A program made the position numbers and the translations under genes. 64,000 nucleotides of DNA from assembly GCA_035577265.1 (NCBI GenBank), contig DATLVR010000126.1, positions 4,367-68,366 on the forward strand, in the 5' to 3' direction. Below the pieces are notes generated by a model. The model was not told the DNA's origin, did not search any database, and saw nothing but the letters and a program-made list of their open reading frames with translations. Shown piece after piece: positions 57,253 to 64,000 of this stretch (position 1 is the stretch's first letter; every line of letters starts with the position of its first letter). Source of the DNA: Verrucomicrobiia bacterium. GTDB taxonomy: Bacteria > Verrucomicrobiota > Verrucomicrobiia > Limisphaerales > UBA11358.

Positions 57253-59502
57253 ATGAAAGCTGCCATCCACTTTTTCCGCCGACGAATCATCGCCGGGCTG
57301 CTGGCCATGGTGCCGATGCTGGCTGGGGCCGAAGATTTTGGCGACATCTCGGTCAGCGCGCAGGCGATGTATACGGGCAACACGTGTCACGGCTACGGCG
57401 AAACCCGCGTCACCTTGCAGAACCATTCTGCCGGCAAAACCCATGTGGTCACTTTGGGCTGTCCGAATCGATCGTGGAATTCCGGCAATACGATTGACCA
57501 GGTGACACGCACGGTCACGCTGCCTCCCAGCACACGGGTGGTGGTGGCGTTGCTGCAGCCGCCCTTGCCCGCAAATGGTGATGGCATGATCCGGGTTGGC
57601 ATTGATGGCGGTGGCGGCGAACCGAATTTGATCCGCCTCCCCAACGCGAACAACCACATCAACGCCAGCCGTTCGTATGGCGGCAGCGGCCTGACGACGG
57701 TGGCGTTCATCAGCCGCAATCTGGATTATGACGATGTCGCCCGCGTGTTCAACTCCGAGCGCGGCCAGTTCTCGGCGGCGATGGCCACGGACGCGCCCGA
57801 TTCCAGCGGAAGCACAGGATATATCCCCACCGCGTGGATGCCGGACACCCGGCATTATGGCGCGACCAACTGGTTGGAGCTGGATTATGCCACGCCGATG
57901 AAGGCCGAGCGGCTGTTGATCTACCACACGCAACCGCTGCCCTCCGGAGGAACCATTATTCTAAGCGGCAGCTCCGGGACAAACCTCACCCGCCTGACCA
58001 TGTCCGGCGGAACGGCCATTTCCCGCGGGCGGGATGAAACGGAATTCACCTTTCCCGCCACCGCTCAACCGGTAAAGACGGTGCGCCTCGAATTTGGCAA
58101 AGCGCCACCGGCGAGCATCGCCATTGACGCGGTTCAACTCATCGGCTCCTCCGGCAATGCCTGGGCCGCCGACGCCCGCGCCAGCAGCGACAACAGCGCC
58201 GCCGCCGCAACGCGCAGTTACGGCGGTTCCGGTTCGGATGCCACCGAAAGTTTACGGGCGGAAGCACCGGTTTCAGAGTGGAGCGACAATTGGCTGGCTT
58301 ACACGCCGTTCGATGTCATCGCCCTCAACTCGCTCGACGTGAATTCCGCTCCGCCCGCCGTGGCAGCTGCGCTTTGGAGTTACCTGCAAGCGGGTGGCAA
58401 CGTGATTATTTTCGGGAACGACGCGCTGCCCGCCACCTGGCGTTCCTCCAACCAGACCGTGCTGCCGGACGGCGTGGAATATCGTGTCGGCCTGGGAAGC
58501 TGCTTTGTCATCCCGAAAGTCAGCCTGTCCCAGCTTGACCCCAAAACCTTGCAGACCTTGCGCGACACGGCGAACGGCGCGGCGCGTTATTGGCAGTCCC
58601 TGCCCGGCGACGCCGGCTCTGCGAACGGCGTTTTTCCCGTGGTGGCGAACCTGAAAATTCCCGTGCGCGGCATCGTCATCATCATGCTGGCGTTCATCAT
58701 CATCATCGGCCCGGTGAACATCATCCTGCTCAACCGCCGCAACCGCCGCACGTGGATGCTCTGGACGATTCCGGCGATTTCGCTCGTCACCACCTTGATT
58801 GTTTTCGCCTACAGCCTGCTGCGGGAGGGCATCACGCCGGATACGCGCATCGGCGGTTTGACCGTGCTGGACCAGATCAATCATCACGCCGCGACCATGG
58901 GCGTGACGGCATTTTATTGTCCGCTGACTCCGAGCGGCGGACTGCGCTTCAACAATGAAACCGAGGCCTCACCGCTGGTCCATGTGGGTTACGAAAATTC
59001 CGGCAGCCCGCGGGAAGTGGACTGGACACAGACCCAGCATTTCCAGCGCGGCTGGATCTCGGCGCGCGTGCCGGCTCATTTCCATTTGAGAAAATCCGAG
59101 TCACGCCGTGAGCGCATCCAGATCGTCCACGAGAACGGAAAATTATCGGTCGTCAACGGGCTGGGCGCACCGATCAAATCGCTGTGGTTCGCCGACGCGG
59201 CCTTGAATTTTTACGAGGCGAACAACATTCCCGCCGGCCAGAAAGCCGGCTTGATCCTGTCCAAGCCGGCCCAGCCCCCGGCGAAATCCGGCGCGGAAGG
59301 TTTGTTTCACGACCTCGGATTCACCGCCAACCCGGAGCTGTTAAAGGACGGTTCGGGAAAATATCTCCTGCCGGACACTTACATCGCCGTGCTGGACGGA
59401 AACCCGTTCATCGAAAATGCGCTCGGTTCATCGTCCAGTCCCAAGCGCACCAAACAGTCGTCGGTTGTTTTCGGAATCCTCGATCCCACTGAAGCCAAAT
59501 GA
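57253..59502 (+). CDS. Large membrane protein with an extracytoplasmic N-terminal domain (hypothetical)
   Basis: ATG 57253 lies 1 nt after the moxR stop codon. It has a signal peptide, a soluble region of about 440 aa, then TM helices (IVIIMLAFIIIIGPVNIILL...). Confidence 0.7.
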   Translation: MKAAIHFFRRRIIAGLLAMVPMLAGAEDFGDISVSAQAMYTGNTCHGYGETRVTLQNHSAGKTHVVTLGCPNRSWNSGNTIDQVTRTVTLPPSTRVVVALLQPPLPANGDGMIRVGIDGGGGEPNLIRLPNANNHINASRSYGGSGLTTVAFISRNLDYDDVARVFNSERGQFSAAMATDAPDSSGSTGYIPTAWMPDTRHYGATNWLELDYATPMKAERLLIYHTQPLPSGGTIILSGSSGTNLTRLTMSGGTAISRGRDETEFTFPATAQPVKTVRLEFGKAPPASIAIDAVQLIGSSGNAWAADARASSDNSAAAATRSYGGSGSDATESLRAEAPVSEWSDNWLAYTPFDVIALNSLDVNSAPPAVAAALWSYLQAGGNVIIFGNDALPATWRSSNQTVLPDGVEYRVGLGSCFVIPKVSLSQLDPKTLQTLRDTANGAARYWQSLPGDAGSANGVFPVVANLKIPVRGIVIIMLAFIIIIGPVNIILLNRRNRRTWMLWTIPAISLVTTLIVFAYSLLREGITPDTRIGGLTVLDQINHHAATMGVTAFYCPLTPSGGLRFNNETEASPLVHVGYENSGSPREVDWTQTQHFQRGWISARVPAHFHLRKSESRRERIQIVHENGKLSVVNGLGAPIKSLWFADAALNFYEANNIPAGQKAGLILSKPAQPPAKSGAEGLFHDLGFTANPELLKDGSGKYLLPDTYIAVLDGNPFIENALGSSSSPKRTKQSSVVFGILDPTEAK

Positions 59503-60440
59503 AAGTCCAGGTCAAAAATTTACGGAAGGAATTCGGCAAGACCGTGGCCGTGGACAACATCTCCTTCGCGTTCGACTCCGGCCACATCTTTGGCTTCGTC
59601 GGCCCGAACGGCGCGGGCAAGACCACGACCATGCGCATCATCTCCACCATCGAGGAACCGACCGGCGGCGATGTGCTGTTGAACGGCATCTCCGTCTGTG
59701 AAGAACCGGAACTCGCGCGGCGCACCGTGGGTTATGTGCCGGACACCCTGCCCGCCCATGCGGACATCACCGTCCACGAGTATCTGGATTTTTACGCGCG
59801 GGCCTATGGATTGCGTGGAAAAAAACGCACCCAGGCTGTCGAGGCCATCGAGGAATTCACCAACGTCACCGGCATCCGCGAGAAACATCTCAAGGCGCTA
59901 TCCAAGGGCATGAAGCAGCGCGTGAGTCTGGGGCGCGCGCTCGTTTATGATCCGGATGTCTTGATCCTCGACGAACCGGCCGCCGGACTGGATCCCCGCG
60001 CCCGCGTGGAACTGCGCGAACTGCTCATGCTGCTGGCCGAACGTAAAAAGGCCATCCTCATCAGTTCACACATCCTCACCGAGCTGACAGAAATCTGCAA
60101 CGGCGTGGTCATCATCGAGCGCGGCAAAATCCTGGAGACCGGCACGATTGAGGACGTGCTTAAAAAGAGCACCCCCCGCCGCACGGTGGTCATCCGGCTG
60201 CTCGAAGGCAATAATCACCAGAATCCCCAACTGCTCAAGGAGCTGTTGCAGACGCCGTTCGTCGAGAACGCACGCGACGTGGCGAACGAGATTCATTTCG
60301 AGTTGACCGGCGATGAATCCGCCGCGTGCGACATCCTCGGCGAATTGATCGCCAAAAAATTCAAGATCATCGAATTCCGCCAGACCAGGGTCAATCTGGA
60401 GGACATCTTCATGAACGTCACCAAGGGAGGCGTGCAATGA
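59499..60440 (+). CDS. ABC transporter ATP-binding protein
   Basis: It has Walker A GPNGAGKTT, the signature LSKGMKQRVSL and Walker B LILDEPAAGLD. Its start overlaps the upstream stop (ATGA). Confidence 0.9.
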   Translation: MKVQVKNLRKEFGKTVAVDNISFAFDSGHIFGFVGPNGAGKTTTMRIISTIEEPTGGDVLLNGISVCEEPELARRTVGYVPDTLPAHADITVHEYLDFYARAYGLRGKKRTQAVEAIEEFTNVTGIREKHLKALSKGMKQRVSLGRALVYDPDVLILDEPAAGLDPRARVELRELLMLLAERKKAILISSHILTELTEICNGVVIIERGKILETGTIEDVLKKSTPRRTVVIRLLEGNNHQNPQLLKELLQTPFVENARDVANEIHFELTGDESAACDILGELIAKKFKIIEFRQTRVNLEDIFMNVTKGGVQ

Positions 60441-60446
60441 AAGCGT

Positions 60447-60557
60447 TGGACACAACACTCAACATCCAACATGCAATGCTGAACCTCGAATACAACGGAC
60501 GCGTTCCAGTTCCAATCATTGGATGTTGGGCGTTGGAAGTTGAATGTTCGATGTTCC
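60447..60557. repeat. Inverted heptamer-array element inside the operon gap
   Basis: The left arm is ...CTCAACATCCAACATGCAATG... and the right arm is CATTGGATGTTGGGCGTTGGAAGTTGAATGTTCGATGTTCC. Confidence 0.75.
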
Positions 60558-60573
60558 CCGAAAATTCCCAGCC

Positions 60574-62085
60574 ATGAACGCTAAACTTTCGAGCCTTAAA
60601 TCCCACTTTGGCAACTGGCGCAATTGGGAGATGAATCCCATCGTCATCAAGGAACTGCGGCAGGGCGTCCGCAGCTGGACGGTCACGGGCATGTTGATGT
60701 TGTTTCTGATCGTGCTGTTCATTGCGTCACTTGGCTTCCTGATCACGCAAAGCTTTGACGCGGTTCCCGACATGGGGCTGGGCGGCACGATGTTCTCGAC
60801 CTTTGTGGTCATCCTGGCCGGCGCGAGCATTTTCTTCATCCCGCTTTACACCGGCGTCCGCGTCGCCGCCGAACGGCAGGGCAATGATTCCGACCTGCTC
60901 TACGTCACCACGCTGTCGCCGACCCGGATCATCTTCGGAAAATTTCTCTGCGGCGCCTACATCACGCTGCTGTTCTTCAGCGCGTGCATGCCGTTCATGG
61001 CGTTCACCAATCTGATGCGGGGCGTGGATCTGCCCAGCGTGTTTTTTGTTTTGATCTTCTTGTTCATGGTCGTGTGCGCGGCCAATATGATCGCGATTTT
61101 TCTCGCCTGCCTGCCGATGAGCCGGCCGTTCCGTTTTCTGTTCATCATTTACGGGATCCTCCAGTCGATCGCCCTGATGATGTCGCTGGTGTCGGCCTCG
61201 TTTCTGATGATGCGTTCCGGCATCGGGGCGATGATGGCCGGGCATGATTTCTGGATCGGCACCTTGACATTCGCCGGTTGCGGCGTGGCGGTCACCGGGC
61301 TGTTCTTTGTTCTGGCGGTGGCGCTGATCTCCCCGCCGTCGGCGAATCGCGCGCTGCCGGTGCGGCTCTATATCACCATCATCTGGCTGCTGGGCGGGCT
61401 GGTGAGCTTTGGCTGGGTCGCCCAAACCGGGGAGGCCGGATTCCTGTATCCGTGGAGTTATCTGTCATCCGTCCTCATGATGATCGCCCTGCTCGTGGTC
61501 ATCAGCAACGCCGACCAGGTCAGCCTGCGCGTGCGGCGCACCATTCCGCAGCCGGGTCTCAAGCGGGCGGTGGCGTTCGTTTTTTTCAACGGCGCGGCGG
61601 GCGGGCTGATCTGGGTGGCGGCCATCATGATCGCAACCTTGTCCATCAGCGAATGGCTTTGGCTCCAGTTCCCGACCAGCCGGACGGGTTCCGGCGAAGA
61701 AAGTCATTGGCTCGCCACCACCGCGGCCTACGGCTTTGCCTACGCGCTCACGGGCCTTTTGATCCACCGGAAATTTTTATCCCGGCGCCCGCCCAAAATG
61801 GCCGGGCTCCTCGCGGTGTTGCTGGCGGGCGCCTGGGCCATTGTGCCCAGCATCGTCATGTTTTTTCTCAATCAACTTTCCTGGAAAGCGGTCGAAGGGA
61901 TGCAGCCGGGCAACATTTTCAACGTCTTTTATCTCCGGGACGAAAGCCAGCGTGTTTACCATCTTTGGTTCGCCTTCGGCTGGCTGCTGATCATGATCGT
62001 CCTGAACGCGAAATGGTTTCTGGCTCAGGCAAGGAATTTTCGTCCGGTTCAGCGCGACATCGCACCACCGCCGGTGCTGGAATAA
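60574..62085 (+). CDS. ABC-2-type permease-like polytopic membrane protein
   Basis: ATG 60574. It has the N-terminal NPIVIKELRQGVRSW pattern followed by more than 10 TM helices. Confidence 0.65.
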   Translation: MNAKLSSLKSHFGNWRNWEMNPIVIKELRQGVRSWTVTGMLMLFLIVLFIASLGFLITQSFDAVPDMGLGGTMFSTFVVILAGASIFFIPLYTGVRVAAERQGNDSDLLYVTTLSPTRIIFGKFLCGAYITLLFFSACMPFMAFTNLMRGVDLPSVFFVLIFLFMVVCAANMIAIFLACLPMSRPFRFLFIIYGILQSIALMMSLVSASFLMMRSGIGAMMAGHDFWIGTLTFAGCGVAVTGLFFVLAVALISPPSANRALPVRLYITIIWLLGGLVSFGWVAQTGEAGFLYPWSYLSSVLMMIALLVVISNADQVSLRVRRTIPQPGLKRAVAFVFFNGAAGGLIWVAAIMIATLSISEWLWLQFPTSRTGSGEESHWLATTAAYGFAYALTGLLIHRKFLSRRPPKMAGLLAVLLAGAWAIVPSIVMFFLNQLSWKAVEGMQPGNIFNVFYLRDESQRVYHLWFAFGWLLIMIVLNAKWFLAQARNFRPVQRDIAPPPVLE

Positions 62086-62094
62086 TCTTTCCAA

Positions 62095-62961
62095 ATGGAC
62101 TCCGCACTTCGACAAGCCCTGGTGGACGGTGAGCAGCTTGGCATCCGCTACGCCCTTCAGATCCCGCAGGTCGCCGCCAGCGGTCTGACGGGTTCCCGGG
62201 CTGGCCGGCGGAGCGGGAGTTCGATTGATTTTCAGGACTATCGCGAATACCAGCCCGGCGACGATCTGCGATTCATTGACTGGGGTATCTACGCGCGCAC
62301 CGACCGCTTGACGGTGAAGCTTTATCGCGAGGAGGTCATCCCGCATCTGGATTTGATCCTCGACGGTTCGCGTTCGATGAATCTCGAAGGCACCGCCAAG
62401 TCAGTTGCGACCGCCAAACTTTCCGCGCTGCTCGCCACCGCCGCCGCCAATGCGCAGTGCACCCAGGCCGTCTGGCTGTCCGGCGAAGGCTTTCAACGCC
62501 TTGCCAACGACACGCTCACGCCCTCCGCCTGGGACAAGCTGGAACTCGACAGCAACCGCACGCTCGACCAGTCGTTCGATATTCTCCCACCCAAACTGCG
62601 CCGCCTCGGCGTGCGCGTGCTGATCAGCGACCTGCTCTGGCCGGGCGAACCCTTGCAACTATTGCGCCGGTTGCGCGACGGCGCGGCGGCGTTGTTCGTC
62701 ATCCAACTGCTCGGACGCGACGACGCCACGCCACCGGAACACGGCAATCTCCGGGTCGTGGACAGCGAGACCGGCGAGGAGAGCGAAATCTACATTGATT
62801 CCAGCATCGCGAAACAATACGGCGACAACCTCGCGCAACTGCAACAATCCTGGGACGACGCCTGCCGCCAATCCGGCGCGCACATGACCACGCTCATTGC
62901 CGAGGATTTGGAGCAATCGTTGCCGGAATTGGAAGCCATGCAACTGCTGATACCGGCATGA
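62095..62961 (+). CDS. DUF58 domain protein
   Basis: 288-aa ORF with the motif DFQDYREYQPGDDLRFIDW. Confidence 0.85.
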   Translation: MDSALRQALVDGEQLGIRYALQIPQVAASGLTGSRAGRRSGSSIDFQDYREYQPGDDLRFIDWGIYARTDRLTVKLYREEVIPHLDLILDGSRSMNLEGTAKSVATAKLSALLATAAANAQCTQAVWLSGEGFQRLANDTLTPSAWDKLELDSNRTLDQSFDILPPKLRRLGVRVLISDLLWPGEPLQLLRRLRDGAAALFVIQLLGRDDATPPEHGNLRVVDSETGEESEIYIDSSIAKQYGDNLAQLQQSWDDACRQSGAHMTTLIAEDLEQSLPELEAMQLLIPA

Positions 62962-62965
62962 AGAT

Positions 62966-63052
62966 GGAACATTCAACATTCAACATTCAACGCCGAACAT
63001 CCCATGTCGTGGATACGAGCGAAGCTTGGCAATTGAGCGTTGAATGTTTTCC
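62966..63052. repeat. Inverted heptamer-array element inside the operon gap
   Basis: The left arm is GGAACATTCAACATTCAACATTCAACG and the right arm is ...GAGCGTTGAATGTTTTCC. Confidence 0.8.
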
Positions 63053-63064
63053 AACTTCCCCCGC

Positions 63065-64000
63065 ATGATTCCTTTCCTCGCCTATCCGCTCGCCCTGATC
63101 GCGCTCGCCACCGTGCCGGCGCTCGCGGCGATTTATATCCTGCGGAACCGCTATCGCCGCCGACCCGTGTCCAGCTTGCTGCTCTGGAAATTTAACGTCC
63201 AGTCCAAGGCGGGCGGCGCAAAGGTGCATCGCCTGCAGCTTCCCCTGCTCTTCTTTCTGGAACTGCTGATTCTGCTGTTGCTGGTCACCGCCGCCACGGG
63301 GCCGCACTGGAAACTGCCGCAATCCACCCGGCCGCTCATCGTCATTCTGGATGATTCCTTTTCCATGCGCGCGATCCACGCCAACGATTCGTCGCAAGCC
63401 CGCGCTGAAAATTTTTTGGAGAAACTGTTTCGCCAACAACCGCCGCCTTCAACCCGGTTGATTCTCGCCGGAAGCGACCCGCGTCTGCTTGGCGCATCAG
63501 CGAAGACTTGGGCCGAAGTGAAGGATCTGTTGCGGCAGTGGCATTGCTGGTCGCCCGATACGGCGTTGGATTCCGCCATCACGTTGGCCTCTGAAATCGG
63601 GAAGCAGCAGGCCAACATCCTGATCCTGACCGATCACAAGCCGGCCGATGAAAAAATCTCCAACCCCCGCCTCGAATGGCATGCGTTCGGCGGGCCGGAG
63701 GAGAATGTGGCCATCGTCAACGCCTCGCGCACCGCGTTTGGCGATCAAGACCGCTGCCTGTTGGAAGTGGCCAACTTGTCCACGAATCCGAAGACCGCCA
63801 AAATCCTGGTGCAGACGGGCACGAACCCGCCTCAATCGTTGCTCGCTTCGCTGGGCCCGCAGGACCGGCAACGGTTTGTGTTCAACATTTCCTCCGCCAC
63901 GCCTTCACTGCACGCCGTGCTGGCACCCGACGCCCTGGCGGAGGACAACGAGGTGCATCTGCTCCCGCCGATCCGCAAGAAAATCCGCGTGCAGGTTGCG
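63065..64000 (+). CDS. BatA-like protein (N-terminal double-TM aerotolerance-regulator domain), partial and running off the window end
   Basis: I translated from ATG 63065: MIPFLAYPLALIALATVPALAAIYILRNRYRRRPVSSLLLWKF..., and the frame stays open through 64000 (312 codons). It is absent from the ORF track because no stop lies inside the window. Confidence 0.7.
   Translation, partial: MIPFLAYPLALIALATVPALAAIYILRNRYRRRPVSSLLLWKFNVQSKAGGAKVHRLQLPLLFFLELLILLLLVTAATGPHWKLPQSTRPLIVILDDSFSMRAIHANDSSQARAENFLEKLFRQQPPPSTRLILAGSDPRLLGASAKTWAEVKDLLRQWHCWSPDTALDSAITLASEIGKQQANILILTDHKPADEKISNPRLEWHAFGGPEENVAIVNASRTAFGDQDRCLLEVANLSTNPKTAKILVQTGTNPPQSLLASLGPQDRQRFVFNISSATPSLHAVLAPDALAEDNEVHLLPPIRKKIRVQVA

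Overview
This is a GC-rich bacterial chromosomal segment. Spot counts of single 60-nt lines give about 65-73% GC in housekeeping genes and about 43-53% in a few islets. It most likely comes from the PVC superphylum and looks Verrucomicrobiota-like. That placement is an inference from gene content: three prepilin-type/DUF1559-like proteins with [20 protein letters not shown]-termini, an XylR-type regulator, a DUF1080 protein, a TAT-signal Gfo/Idh/MocA oxidoreductase and a MoxR-DUF58-BatA cluster. I support about 57 coding features (two of them pseudogenes), mostly housekeeping: metH, holA, ftsH, dus, galK with an SGLT-type symporter, lnt, recN, tatD, rho, cysK and rlmN. I found no rRNA, tRNA, CRISPR array, transposase or integrase. 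Six things stand out. (1) Several families of palindromic or heptamer-array repeats are present. At least seven copies are translated in-frame inside essential genes (metH, dus, lnt x2, recN x2, rlmN), and others sit in short gaps inside operons. (2) A WYL-domain regulator lies directly upstream of three co-directional secreted genes: a tail-fibre-like protein with five near-identical 41-aa repeats, a small protein, and a tail-fibre-like/BNR protein. (3) A diverged duplicate of the recN 3-prime end brackets a GH18 gene together with the real recN end. (4) A MoxR-DUF58-BatA cluster is interrupted by an ABC transporter and two large membrane proteins. (5) A 1.3-kb stretch next to a low-GC macro-domain gene has no credible ORF. 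(6) lnt is fused to a HAD-like domain, and Rho lacks the N-terminal helix bundle. All family names come from motif recognition by eye, because no searches could be run.
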